A stretch of 64,000 nucleotides of DNA, from positions 367,289 to 431,288 of the forward strand of contig CAVZDU010000010.1 in NCBI GenBank assembly GCA_963774265.1, written 5' to 3'. Source of the DNA: an uncultured Chloroflexia bacterium. Its GTDB lineage: Bacteria > Chloroflexota > Anaerolineae > CG2-30-64-16. Below the pieces are notes generated by a model that worked only from the letters and a program-made list of their open reading frames with translations, searched no databases and had not been told where the DNA came from. A program made the translations under genes and the position numbers. Each line of letters opens with the position of its first letter. The first letter of the stretch is position 1. This document shows positions 1-11,259 of the stretch, one piece after another.

Positions 1-761
1 CGGACGTAATGGCAGGGGATTTCGAGACACTGGCCGAGGCGACTCAGTCCGCGCTCAGCCGCGTGGAGATCGATGCGGCGTCCGAGCCTGCTAAGGCAGG
101 CAATGAGGTCCACTATTGGCTGGCGGAGTGGCGTCGGCTTCCGATCGGCCTGCAGCGCGCGACAGCGCGGGCAGCGGTGGTGCGTCTCCGGCGTAGTCTG
201 CGCGATATCAACTGGGAACACATCGACGCCGCAGTCCGTATTGGCCGCGAGGGCAAGACCGGCGACTCAGCCACGATCTCGGCCGGGCTGGCCTTGACGG
301 TCGGCTATGATGTGCTGCGCATCGGGCCAGAAGATGCGACGACACCGGGTCTGGGGCCCCAGGTGCAGGAACCGCTTTCGCTCAGTGCTCCGGGCGCAAC
401 CGATATCGGCCGCGGCTGGCGGGTGGCTGTTGAGCTTTTGACCGCTGCAGATGTGGCGCAAGCCTATGGGGTGAACGCCGATACCTGGACTGCCTACCTC
501 GACGCCGATGCGGTGGGATCGCAGCTGGCCTTGCGTCCGCGACAGCCCGGCGACCGGTTTCAGCCGCTGGGGCTGGGGGGGCATTCGGCGCGCGTCAATG
601 AGTTCATGATCAACGCGAAAGTTCCCGCCGCGGATCGGGCCGCCTGGCCCCTGCTGATCGGTGCGGCAGGCATTGCCTGGTTGTGCGGCCTGCGGGTCGA
701 TACGCGTTCCGCAATTGGTCCTGCAACGCAGCGGGTCTGGCGAGTGAGGTTTGAACGATGA
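1..761 (+). CDS. tilS: tRNA(Ile)-lysidine synthetase, C-terminal part (5' end outside the window)
   Basis: TilS C-terminal motif LRPRQPGDRFQPLG...FMINAKVP...WPLL...IAWLCGLR; hpt lies a short distance downstream. Confidence 0.88.
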   Translation, partial: DVMAGDFETLAEATQSALSRVEIDAASEPAKAGNEVHYWLAEWRRLPIGLQRATARAAVVRLRRSLRDINWEHIDAAVRIGREGKTGDSATISAGLALTVGYDVLRIGPEDATTPGLGPQVQEPLSLSAPGATDIGRGWRVAVELLTAADVAQAYGVNADTWTAYLDADAVGSQLALRPRQPGDRFQPLGLGGHSARVNEFMINAKVPAADRAAWPLLIGAAGIAWLCGLRVDTRSAIGPATQRVWRVRFER

Positions 762-1956
762 GTGGGATCGTCCAATTAGCAGCAGGCAAGGACAGGCCCG
801 TACGCCAGGGCCATCCGTGGGTCTTTTCTGGGGCCATTCGGGAGACGCGTGGCGCGGCGAAACCCGGTGATATCGTGGAGGTGGTCGACGAGCGTGGCGA
901 CTGGCTTGCCCGCGGCTACTACAACCCGAAGTCGCAGATCGTTGTCCGCATCCTCACGCGGGAGCACGAAGAAGCCATCGACCGTGACTTTTGGGCGCGC
1001 AGGCTTCTCGCCGCATCTGGCATGCGCGACGCGCTCGAACCTGGCGCGGGACACGACCGGTTATCGCCTCGTCTTCGCGGAAAGCGATCGCATTCCCGGC
1101 CTGATCGTCGATCGATATGACGACTGGCTGAGCGTGCAGTTCCTCACACTCGGCGTAGATGTTCAGAAAGAGCTGCTCGTTGATCTGCTCGTGGATCTCT
1201 TCAAGCCCGCGGGCATCGTGGATCGCTCGGACCCGGTTGCGCGGCGGCAAGAGGGATTGCGACCAGAGGGGGGGCTGCTGGTCGGGCGCACGCCGCCCGA
1301 AGACCTGCAGATCGTCGAGCACGGGTTGCGGTTCCCTGTGGATCTGCTGGGCGGTCAGAAGACGGGGTTTCTACCTGGACCAGCGAGAGAATCGCCGCGT
1401 TGTGGCGCGACTCGCGCGCGGCAAGCGTGTGCTCAATGCGTTCAGCTTCACGGGCGCGTTCGCGGTCCACGCATTGGCAGAGGGCGCTGCCCACGTGACC
1501 AACATCGACACTTCGTTTGATGCCCTGGAGGGTGCCGAGGCTGCAATCCGGCTGAATCGCTTTGACCCGGATCTCCAGGCCGAGGGGATCCACGGTGACG
1601 TGTTCCAGGTGCTGCGTGGTTTTCGCGATGAGGGCCGGCAGTTCGACATGGTGATTCTTGACCCGCCGAAATTCGCGCGCAGCAAGGCCGATCTTGACGC
1701 CGCGGCACGCGGTTATAAGGACATCAATCTGTTGGGCATGCGGCTGCTTGCGCCGGGCGGTGTCCTGGCAACGTTTTCCTGCTCCGGTTTGGTTACTCCT
1801 GATTTGTTTCAGAAGATCGTCTTCGGCGCCAGCATCGATGCGAGCCGGGCTGCCCAGGTCATTGCGCGCCTAACGCAGGCATCCGACCATCCACTGCTGC
1901 TTACCTTTCCGGAGGGCGAGTACCTCAAGGGACTGCTGGCAAGAATGGTGGATTAG
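758..1956 (+). CDS. RlmI/RlmK-family class I SAM-dependent rRNA methyltransferase (two apparent frameshifts, ~1040 and ~1365)
   Basis: PUA-like start GHPWVFSGAI, ESDRIPGLIVDRY, GQKTGFYLDQRENR, VLNAFSFTG, DMVILDPPKFA and FPEGEYLKGL spread over ORFs 758-1120, 849-1520 and 1159-1956. Confidence 0.88.
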
Positions 1957-2062
1957 GTGGCGATATTCGCGCCCTGCGCGCTTTTGCGGTATTATGAGGG
2001 CATCGGGTGGTGCCGGTCGCACGTCCGATCTTGATATCCTCAACCTGACATGTGGAGCCATA

Positions 2063-3223
2063 TTGATACGTTTTCGATGCCTTGCCGTGCTCCTGGTTTT
2101 CGCAGCATTGATCGGTCCAGGCAGCACTGTCCAGGCGCAAAGCCCTGAGCGGCTGGTCCTGGCTTTCTACTATACGTGGTTTGATGAGCATAGCTGGGGC
2201 GCGAACAAAGTCCCCGATGTCCCGCAGCAGACTTATGTATCGCGCGATCGAGGCGTGATGGGACGGCACATCGACCAGGCCAAGGGCGCAGGAATCGATG
2301 CGTTTGTGGTGTCGTGGTACGGCCCGCGGACGGAGAACAACCAGACGGAGACCAACTTACGTGCGATGCTCGACGAGGCGGCCGCGCGCGGTTTCCGAAT
2401 GGCAGTTGACGTCGAAGTGACGAGTCCCTTCTTTGGCGGAACCGGCGACGTCCAGGCCGCGTCTGGCGACCTTGCTGGCCACTCATGCGCAGCACCCGGC
2501 CTATTTGCGCTCGGACGGCAAACCGGTGATCTTCTTCTGGCGGCAGCAGCGTTTCAACTCGGGCACGTGGGCCGCCATCCGCAACGCGGTGGACCCTGGG
2601 CACGACAGCGTCTGGATCGAGGAAGGGGTGGATGTGTCGCCGTTGTCGGTCTTTGACGGTCACCATCTTTACAGCGTGACGTGGAATCCGCCGACCGACA
2701 TGGCGGAGCACGGCAAAGAAGTTCGCGCAGCGCACGCGTGCGGCCGCAGCGAAGTTGGGTGTGCCGAAGGTCTATGTGGCCACCGTCATGCCGGGATACG
2801 ATGACCGGAAGACCGGCCGCGGTAATGCGTTCGCGGTGGGGCGGGAAGATGGCGCATACTATCGCGCGATCTTGGCAGGCTGCGATCGGCAGTGCACCGG
2901 ATTGGATCGTGATCACCAGCTTCAACGAGTGGCCCGAGGGCACCTATATCGAAGCCAGCCAGGCCTACGGGACGAAGTACCTGGAGCTGACGGCCCAGTG
3001 GTCATCTGCGTTTCGGGGTTCAGCGCCGCCACCCGTGCAAGCTGTGTCCGCGTCGCCTGAACCTGCCCCCGCGAAGCCCGCGGGCGCAGCCGCTGCGCCG
3101 AGGCCGCCTGCACTGAAGATCACGCCGCCTGCACCGACGCCGACGCCCGTCCCCACTCCCAGCCGGCCGCCGGTGACGCCTGAACCAGTCTATACAGCGC
3201 TTGGAGTGCCAGCGCGTTTGTAA
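2063..3223 (+). CDS. Secreted GH99/GH71-like glycoside hydrolase with Pro-rich tail (frameshifted)
   Basis: Signal peptide, LVLAFYYTWF, AGIDAFVVSWYG, ATVMPGYDDR and ITSFNEWPEG across ORFs 1994-2656, 2433-2804, 2755-3060 and 2681-3223; start inferred at a TTG after GGAG. Confidence 0.75.
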
Positions 3224-3241
3224 TGAAAGGAGTCTTGCCTC

Positions 3242-3785
3242 ATGATTGACCCATCGTACATCGCTGAGATCCTGATTCCTTCGGACAAGCTGCAGGCCCG
3301 GATCTGTGAGTTGGGGGCCGAAATCGATCGTGATTATGGCGGGCAAGACCTGCTGCTGCTTTCCGTGCTCAAAGGCAGCGTCCTGTTCCTGTCCGACCTC
3401 ATGCGTTGTATCAACACACCGCACAGCATTGACTTCATGGCCACGTCCTCGTACGGTAACGCGATGGAGTCCTCTGGCGTTGTCCGCATCCTTAAGGACC
3501 TTGACCAGCCTATCGAGGGCCGCAATGTGCTGATTGTCGAGGATATCATCGACACGGGGCACACGCTCGAATACCTGGTGCGCATCCTGCGCGCGCGGCT
3601 TCCCAAATCACTGGAGATTTGCACACTGCTCAATAAACCCAGCGCGGCGCAAGGTTGACGTACCGGTCAAGTACATCGGTTTTGACATTCCCGACAAATT
3701 CGTGCTGGGGTATGGCCTGGATTTTATCGAGAAGTACCGCAACTTGCCGTACATTGCCGTTCTTGCGCCCGAGTACTATTCGTAA
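3242..3785 (+). CDS. hpt: Hypoxanthine phosphoribosyltransferase (frameshift ~3645)
   Basis: [16 protein letters not shown] motif [22 protein letters not shown]...YRNLPYI. Confidence 0.95.
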
Positions 3786-4761
3786 CAAGCGTCGACCCGC
3801 GCTGATTGCGCTGGGAGCCGCCTGTTTCGTACTCTGCCTGTGGCTCGGCGGGGCCTCCATCGCGCGCGCCGAAGAATTGGTCATCGATCTGCGAGAGACG
3901 CCTGCAGCAGCGTTGAAGCACGATGATGGCGTGGACCCGTTCGCGCCGATCCTCTCGCCCTCCTATCGTATGACTGGCGACCCCACGATGACGCGTGTGC
4001 GGGTTTGGCCGTGGCCGCCAACGCAGGGCGAGACGCTCGCCGTTTCTGTCCGGGCGCGCGAGCCTGTTACCTATACGCTGACCTTCGGAGGCCGTCCGTA
4101 TGTCGTCCATTCTGCCGGCGGCACGGGATGGTCGCTGGTTCCGATCCCGCCTCTCACAGCTCCAGGCTATGTCCCCCTGGCGATCCGGGCGGGTGACCAG
4201 CAATTCTTGCTGAACGTTCTCGTTCGCGCTGGCCTTTTTGACGCTTTCAATATCCCCGCGACAGCAGCCGCATCGATCCTCTCAAATGCCGATAAAGTCA
4301 GCGCTGAGGCCGCGCGTATGACCCGGCTCTTTTCGGGCCTGACAACAGGTGGGTGGAACCTGCACAGCCGGTTTGTTGCGCCGTTGCGCGGAGAATTCCG
4401 CCACACGTCTCCTTACGGCTCGCGCCGCACGTATGGCAATGATCCGGCGGTCTCCGCGGACGCGGGCGAAGACTACAGCGCGCCGGCCGGAACGCTGGTG
4501 TATGCGCCGGCCGCCGGACAGGTGGTGTTGGCCGAGACGCTATTCGTGCGGGGTAACGCCGTTGTGCTCGATCATGGGAACGGTGTATTCACCGGCTACT
4601 GGCACTTATCTGCGTTGGACGTCAAGCCTGGTGCGCAGGTTGCCCCAGGGGAACTCCTTGGCAAGGTTGGCAGCACTGGCCTCAGCACCGGCGCCCATCT
4701 GCACTGGGAACTCCGCATCGCAGGGATGGCGGTGAATCCGCTGCAGTGGGTCAGGCCGTAA
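3754..4761 (+). CDS. M23 family peptidase with N-terminal signal/TM segment
   Basis: [39 protein letters not shown]; start inferred at an in-frame TTG overlapping the end of hpt. Confidence 0.85.
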   Translation: MPFLRPSTIRNKRRPALIALGAACFVLCLWLGGASIARAEELVIDLRETPAAALKHDDGVDPFAPILSPSYRMTGDPTMTRVRVWPWPPTQGETLAVSVRAREPVTYTLTFGGRPYVVHSAGGTGWSLVPIPPLTAPGYVPLAIRAGDQQFLLNVLVRAGLFDAFNIPATAAASILSNADKVSAEAARMTRLFSGLTTGGWNLHSRFVAPLRGEFRHTSPYGSRRTYGNDPAVSADAGEDYSAPAGTLVYAPAAGQVVLAETLFVRGNAVVLDHGNGVFTGYWHLSALDVKPGAQVAPGELLGKVGSTGLSTGAHLHWELRIAGMAVNPLQWVRP

Positions 4762-4763
4762 AC

Positions 4764-4793
4764 AAAAAGCGCAGGGACGACGCCCTGCGCTTT
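4764..4793. terminator. Probable bidirectional intrinsic terminator between the convergent M23 gene and rplY
   Basis: aaaaaGCGCAGGG-acgacg-CCCTGCGCttt hairpin with A/T tails. Confidence 0.75.
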
Positions 4794-4812
4794 CAATCGA
4801 GACCTGAGTCGC

Positions 4813-5466
4813 TTATTCGGCCTCTTCCTCTTCCTTCTTACCCCGCTTGACCACTTCCACTTCATCCGCCACCGGAGCTTCCTCGACTGCTTCTTCAACA
4901 GCCGCCGCGCGGGACGGAGTGATGGCGAAGAGAACCTGCTCTCCATCGGTCAGAAGCTTGACCTTGTCGGGCATCTGAAGCTGCTTGGCGAGGACTTCAT
5001 CGTGCATGGACGCCAGCGACGACAGATCGGCAACGAGATGTTCAGGGATATCTCCAGGCAAGCACTCGACTTCAACCGAGTCGAGACCGCGCACCAACAC
5101 CATGTCCGGGTTGGTCATGGCAGGGCCCTGGCCTTGCGGGACCACGGCGACGCTCACGCGCACCAGTTCGGTCATCGATACAGCCAGAAAATCCACGTGC
5201 AGGATGTTGTGCTTGGTCGGATGGCGCTGAACCTCGCGTGCTAACACGTTCAGCAGCGCCTGGCCCGGCACGCTCAGCTCGATCATGCGGCCACTGGCCT
5301 TGTGCAACGCGATACCGAGCAGCTTGCGATCCATCGATACTGCCAGCGCCTCCTGGCCCTTACCATACACGACGCCTGGCACGCGCTCTGCATCGCGCAC
5401 TTCACGATTACTATGGCGGCCCGCAGCGCGGGGCTCCGCCTGAATGGTTACGTTCTCCATGTTCAT
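4813..5466 (-). CDS. rplY: 50S ribosomal protein L25/Ctc
   Basis: RVPGVVYG, REVQRHP...ILHVDF, VEVECLPGDIPE, acidic tail. Confidence 0.95.
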   Translation of the reverse strand: MNMENVTIQAEPRAAGRHSNREVRDAERVPGVVYGKGQEALAVSMDRKLLGIALHKASGRMIELSVPGQALLNVLAREVQRHPTKHNILHVDFLAVSMTELVRVSVAVVPQGQGPAMTNPDMVLVRGLDSVEVECLPGDIPEHLVADLSSLASMHDEVLAKQLQMPDKVKLLTDGEQVLFAITPSRAAAVEEAVEEAPVADEVEVVKRGKKEEEEAE

Positions 5467-5536
5467 GTTCTCCCTTAATGAATGCAACACTTTATTCTAT
5501 CGCAGAGCGGACTTTTCGTCAAAAGAATGGGCATGG

Positions 5537-7156
5537 CAGCAATTCTAAATATGGCGGGGAGTGGTAGACTGGGAGGTGAGCCAGCGAATCCGGCGTGAGG
5601 TGGGGCGAGGCATGGGTGGGAAACAGGTAAGGTTCAGCGAGTTGCTGCGGTTTTTGCGGGCCAGCCTGGAACGGATTCCGGAGCACCGGCGGGGTGAGAA
5701 CGGGCACTATGCGATTGCGGATGCCGGGCTAGCGGCTTTCTCGGTGTTCTTCATGCAGGAGCCCTCCTTTCTGGCCTACCAAACGAACCTGCAGGAGAAC
5801 CACGGGCGCAATAACGCCAAGAGCCTGTTTGGCGTGGCGGAGATTCCCAGCGATGGGCAGACTCGCAATCTGCTCGATCCAGTCGATCCGGTCCTGCTGG
5901 GCGAACCCTTTTGGGCGAGCTACGAACTGCTGGCCCGGCGTGGGGCGCTGCGGGACTATCACGGTGCGACTGGTAGTCAGTTGGTGTCGCTGGACGGCAC
6001 GCAGTCCTTTGCATCCCAGAAGGTGCACTGTGACAACTGCCGGGTGACGGTACGCGACGGACGTACCTATTATGCGCATCAAGTGTTGCTTGCAGTAGTG
6101 GGCGCGCCCGCGCAGCCGCACGTGGTCTGTCTGCCGCCGGAGTTCATCACGCCGCAGGACGGGGCAGACAAACAGGACTGCGAGCAGCGGGCCATCAAGC
6201 GCTGGGTCAAGCAGCATGCCGGGCGCTTTGCGCCTTGGAGTACGACCGTCTTGACCGACGATCTGCATGCGCACCAGCCGGTCTGTCAATTACTCTTGGA
6301 TCACCACCTGCACTTCATCCTCACCTGCAAACCCGACTCGCACCCGACGCTGTACGAAGAGTTGCAGCTTCTGGAGCGGGTCGAGGGGGCAGTGGGAAGC
6401 AAGCGCATCCGGCGCTGGAACGGCCGCCATCATGAGGTCTGGCAATATCGTTGGGCGAGTGAGTTGCCGATCCGCGAAGGGCAGGACGCACTCAAGGTCA
6501 ACTGGTGTGAGTTGCGGCTGATCAACCAGGAGAGCGGCGAGCAGCTGTATCACAACGCCTGGCTCACCGACCACGCTTTGGACGAAACTTCAGTCGAGGC
6601 CGTCGCCCAGGATGGGCGGAGCCGCTGGAAGGTCGAAAACGAAGGCATCAACGTGCTCAAGCAGCGCGGCTACCATTTCGAGCACAACTACGGACATGGC
6701 GACCAGCACCTGGCCGCTGTGCTTTTGAGTTTGCTGCTGCTGGCCTTCCTGTTCCACACGGCGCTGGACCTGGCCTGCCTGATGTACCAGGCCATCCGCC
6801 AGAAGCTGCGCACCCGCCGCAAGTTCTTCGATGACCTGCGCGGCTTGACGACCTATCTCTACTGGCGCAGCTTCCAGCACCTGCTCAGCTTCATGTATCG
6901 CCAACTGGAGTTGGGTCCGCCAGCCCCAGCCTAATGCCCGATGGGCCTGACCGCCCATTGATCCCGGCCCCGGTCGGAGGCTGTCGCCTGTCCAGCGCCA
7001 GCGCCCAGTGCCGCCAGCTCCACTCCCGGCCGCCCGACCCGCCTCTTTCCGGCCCTCAATCTGCCACCGCGGCTGTCCACCCGCACGCAGGCAGCCCCCG
7101 GCTACCTCCGACCTTGACTTCACCGGCTTGGAGCCATGCCAAATTCAGAATTGCTG
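5537..7156 (+). mobile_element. Complete 1620-bp insertion sequence (ISNCY-like DDE type)
   Basis: Left IR CAGCAATTCTAAATATGGC (5537-5555); right IR reverse complement CAGCAATTCTGAATTTGGC (7138-7156); 9-bp target duplication TGGGCATGG at 5528-5536 and 7157-7165. Confidence 0.92.
5561..6934 (+). CDS. DDE transposase (ISNCY-like)
   Basis: LVSLDGT, QDGADKQDCE, LTDDL, GRSRWKVENEG, HFEHNYGHG; lies between the inverted repeats. Confidence 0.9.
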   Translation: MVDWEVSQRIRREVGRGMGGKQVRFSELLRFLRASLERIPEHRRGENGHYAIADAGLAAFSVFFMQEPSFLAYQTNLQENHGRNNAKSLFGVAEIPSDGQTRNLLDPVDPVLLGEPFWASYELLARRGALRDYHGATGSQLVSLDGTQSFASQKVHCDNCRVTVRDGRTYYAHQVLLAVVGAPAQPHVVCLPPEFITPQDGADKQDCEQRAIKRWVKQHAGRFAPWSTTVLTDDLHAHQPVCQLLLDHHLHFILTCKPDSHPTLYEELQLLERVEGAVGSKRIRRWNGRHHEVWQYRWASELPIREGQDALKVNWCELRLINQESGEQLYHNAWLTDHALDETSVEAVAQDGRSRWKVENEGINVLKQRGYHFEHNYGHGDQHLAAVLLSLLLLAFLFHTALDLACLMYQAIRQKLRTRRKFFDDLRGLTTYLYWRSFQHLLSFMYRQLELGPPAPA

Positions 7157-7211
7157 TGGGCATGGCGTCTACGTTGCGCCCGCATTGCGCCTGTGGTAGC
7201 ATGCACCCGCT

Positions 7212-10200
7212 ATGTCCACGGCTCGGCTTCCGCTCGCTCTGATTCGTTGGTTGCTTGCCCTGGGGATGCTTTGGGCTCTCGCCGCAGGCATGCTCATCCG
7301 CACCTCGGGCGATCCTTCATTTCCTGAGGCGGAGACCATTGACCAGGACTACTCGGCTCGCCCCGGCGTTAAATCTGCAACGGGAAGAAATCGCGCCAGA
7401 GCACATTGATGCCACTCTGGCGGAGCTGTCGCAAACAGGCGTCACTTGGGTGCGCTTTACATTGCCGTGGGATGAGATCGAGCCGGCGCGGGGGCAGTTC
7501 AATTGGGGACCCTGGGATGCGATCGCGGCATCCTTCGCAGGCTGGCCGGACATCCATCCCATCGTTGTGCTTGACCGTTCACCTGTCTGGGCGCGTGGCG
7601 AGGCGGATGCGGACAATCCCTCCGCTCCGCCGCGCGAGCGATCGGATTTCGGCGCATTTGCTCGCGCTGTCGCCGAACGCTATGGCACCCAGCTTACCTA
7701 TTACCAGGTGTGGCACGAGCCGAATATTTCGCCCCATTGGGGGAGCCGGCCGGCCGATCCAGCGGATTACCTGGGGTTGCTCCGCGAGGCAGCTGTGGCG
7801 ATTCGCGGAGCGGACCTCGATGCACGAATCATCGCGGCAGCGCTCGCGCCGACCACTGAGGCGGGCGGCGCCAATCTCAGTGACCTCACGTACCTGGATC
7901 GGCTCTACAGCTTGGGGGGGCGATCCTGGTTCGATTTCCCTGCAATCCAGCCCTATGGTTTCTCTGTCGGACCCGATGAACCGCCGGACGCTGCGAAGCT
8001 GAACTTCGCCCGCGCCCACGAAGCGCGACAGGTGATGCTGCGGCACGGCGACGCGGGATCATCGCTGTGGGCGACGTCGTTCGGTTGGAACGCGACAACG
8101 GATTCGCAGGTGGTGTCGCCCTGGGGGAGTGTCGCACCGGACGTACAGGCCGCCCACACGGCGGCCGCATTCGTGAAGGCGACGGGCGAGTGGCCCTGGC
8201 TCGGCCCGATGTTGTGGACTGCTTACTTCCCCCTCGAACCAGGGACGCGTGAGGTCCTCACTCGCGCCGCCTCGGAGCCCTCTCTTCTGCCGCCCGGCAG
8301 CCATGGGACCAGCCATCCGGCATTGCACTACAGCAGCGGATGGCGCGTAACGCCCTCGGCAGCATATCCTCGGCCGATGGTGATGCCATCGATTTCACTT
8401 TTCGCGGCTCAGGCGTGGCGCTGACCGTACAGGGCGGCGCCTACTGGGCTTATCTGACGGTGAGCATCGATGGTGGGCCGGCGAATCGGCTCCCGCGTGA
8501 TGAGACAGGCGCGACCTACCTGGTATTGCATGATCCCTCCTCCGCCCGGCGACTGGTGCCGTTGGCCGCAGGCTTGCCTCTTGACGAACACACCGTGCGA
8601 CTCGTCGCGACCGGCGGTTGGGGTCAGTGGGCATTGCAGGGCGTCGTGGTCACCGCGGCGACACGCTCGTCCGCCCGATTGGGGTGGGGATTGTTGGCGC
8701 TCGCACTAGTGGTGACGGCGTTGGCTGGGGTCCGGTTTGCCCGGGTGAGCCAGGGACGCGGCGCCGGTGGCCAGGCCGGCTCGGGGCGTGGTCTTCGTCT
8801 CGCGTCGAAGTGGGCGAGCATTGCGGTCCCTGATGCGATAATGTGGGGCATCGCCCTTGCTCTGATTCTTATCTACCTCGCGTCACCGTGGGCGCTGGTT
8901 GATCTGGCCTCACTTGCCCTGCTGGGTCTTCTTTTCCTAGTTCGTCCCGGCCTTGCGCCGCCGCTGATTGCGGCCAGTTTGCCGTTTTGGCAGCGCACCG
9001 AGCCTCTGCTGCGCTGGCAGTTCGGGCTGTTCGAATTGCTGACCTGGATCGGGCTTCTGGCATGGGGCGCCCGTCGGCTGGTCGAGCTCTTGACCCGGAC
9101 CGCTCCACTGCGCAAGGACGCTGCCGCACTTGCGTCCAGGTATCGGGCAGTGGCCTTTGTTGCTTGACATAACAGCATTGGTGATGTTCTTGTCGGGCCT
9201 GATCGCGACCATCTTCGCCGCAGAGCAGGGCGTTGCATGGCGCGAGTTTCGGATCGTCTTTCTCTTCGGCCTGGTTCTCTACGTCCTGATCACCCGTACG
9301 GCGGAGAAGGATGTGGAAAGCACGATCAGGCCGCTTGTGACCGGCCTCTTGGCTGGGGCGACAATCGCCAGCCTGATCGGACTCTGGCAAGGGGTGACGG
9401 GCCAGGGGCGGGTTGACGTGGAGGGTGTGGGACGCATCGCCGCGCTCTACGGCTCACCGAACAACCTGGCGCTGCTGCTTGACCGCGCTGTTCCTCTGTC
9501 TCTCGCAATAGCCCTCTTCGGCTCATGGTCGCCAGGTGCGGGGAGCGCTCGCGACCAGCATCGGAAGCGCCTTGTGCAGCGTGGCGCTTTGGCCGCAGTC
9601 TTCAACATCACCTTTACCGCGGCTGTTGCCACATTCAGCAAGGGAGCACTCCTGCTCGGCTTGCCCGCCGGGCTAATCGTTGTTCTGGCAGGCGGCGCAT
9701 GGCGCAGCGGTCGTCGGTGGCCCATTTGGGCATTGGTAGGGTTGGTCGTCGCCGGTGCGGTCGGCCTGTTGCTTCTTTTCCGCACGCCCCGCTTTGCCGA
9801 CTTGTTCAATTTCGAGTCCGGGACGAGTTTCTTGCGGCTGAAATTATGGCGCGGAGCGCTGAACATGGCCATGGATCACCCCCTCCTTGGGGTGGGACCG
9901 GATAACTTTCTTTACGCTTATCGTTCGCGCTATGTACTGCCTTCCGGTTGGCAGGAGCTCAACCTCAGCCACCCCCACAACATCCTGCTCGACATGTGGA
10001 CTCGGCTGGGCCTATTGGGCGTGGCCGCGTGCAGCGGCTCTGGTCGCCGCATTCGCAGCCGGCTGGCGCTTGTTCACCGCACGACCGGCCTTGCCCGGTG
10101 GACATCCACGCCGGGGCATCGGAAGCGGTAGTGAAGATGAAGTCGCGAAATCGCCCCAGGCCAGGGCAGTCTGGCCTCTGGCGTTAGGACTCCTCGGCGG

Positions 10201-10321
10201 TCTTGCAGCCACAGTGGCTCACGGCCTGATCGATAATTCGCTATTTCTGCCCGACCTGATGGGCTGGTTTGTGTCGTCATCGGGCATGTTCTGGCTCTAC
10301 TCTGCTCAGCGAGAGGATTAG
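7212..10321 (+). CDS. Large membrane protein: N-terminal GH-A-type (GH5/GH39-like) glycosidase, a beta-rich domain and an O-antigen ligase (Wzy_C)-like C-terminus; several frameshifts
   Basis: [13 protein letters not shown]...YYQVWHEPN (7255-8424); multi-TM region; [19 protein letters not shown] and SHPHNILLD (9130-10131). Confidence 0.7.
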
Positions 10322-10322
10322 T

Positions 10323-11259
10323 ATGAGAGTATTGGTAACGGGCGGCGCGGGGTTCATCGGCTCCCATCTGTGTGACCGTTTGCTTGCCGACGGACACGAG
10401 GTGATCGCGATGGATAATCTGGTCACCGGGTCCGCCGACAACATCGCACATCTTGCCGGTGAGTGGCGCTTCAAGTTTGTTCATCACGACGTAACCGACT
10501 ACATCTACGTGGCCGGGCAGCTCGATGCGGTCATGCACCTTGCATCACCCGCCAGCCCTGTGGATTTTGCACGGATCCCCATCCAGATTCTTAAAGTGGG
10601 TTCCCTCGGCACGCATAACGCGCTCGGTTTGGCGTTTGCCAAGGGTGCGCGCTTCTTGCTTGCGTCCACCTCTGAGGTGTACGGCGATCCCCTCATTCAC
10701 CCGCAGCCCGAGAGCTACTGGGGCAATGTCAACCCCATTGGTGTACGCGGGGTGTACGATGAGGCCAAGCGCTTCGCGGAGGCCATTACGATGGCCTATC
10801 ATCGTATCCACCAGGTCGACACACGCATAATTCGTATCTTCAATACTTACGGACCGCGGCATGCGGCTGAACGACGGCCGCGTCGTCCCGAATTTCATCA
10901 GCCAGGCACTGCGCCGGGAGCCCATAACGGTCTACGGCGACGGCTCACAGACCCGTTCATTCTGTTATGTGGCGGACTTGGTGGATGGCATGGTCCGCCT
11001 GCTACTGTCTGACGAGGTCTACCCGGTCAACATCGGCAACCCGAACGAAACCACCATTCTGACTTTTGCTGAGACGATTAATCGTCTGACCGGCAACGCG
11101 GCGGGTATCGAGTACCGCCAACTCCCCGAGGATGATCCCAAGCAGCGGCGGCCCATCATCGCGCGTGCACGGCAAATTCTTGACTGGTCACCACAGGTGG
11201 ATCTGGAACAAGGTCTCTCGCGCACCATTTACGACTTCGAGGAGCGGCTGGCGCGTTGA
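10323..11259 (+). CDS. UDP-glucuronate decarboxylase (SDR family; frameshift ~10860)
   Basis: [55 protein letters not shown]. Confidence 0.92.
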
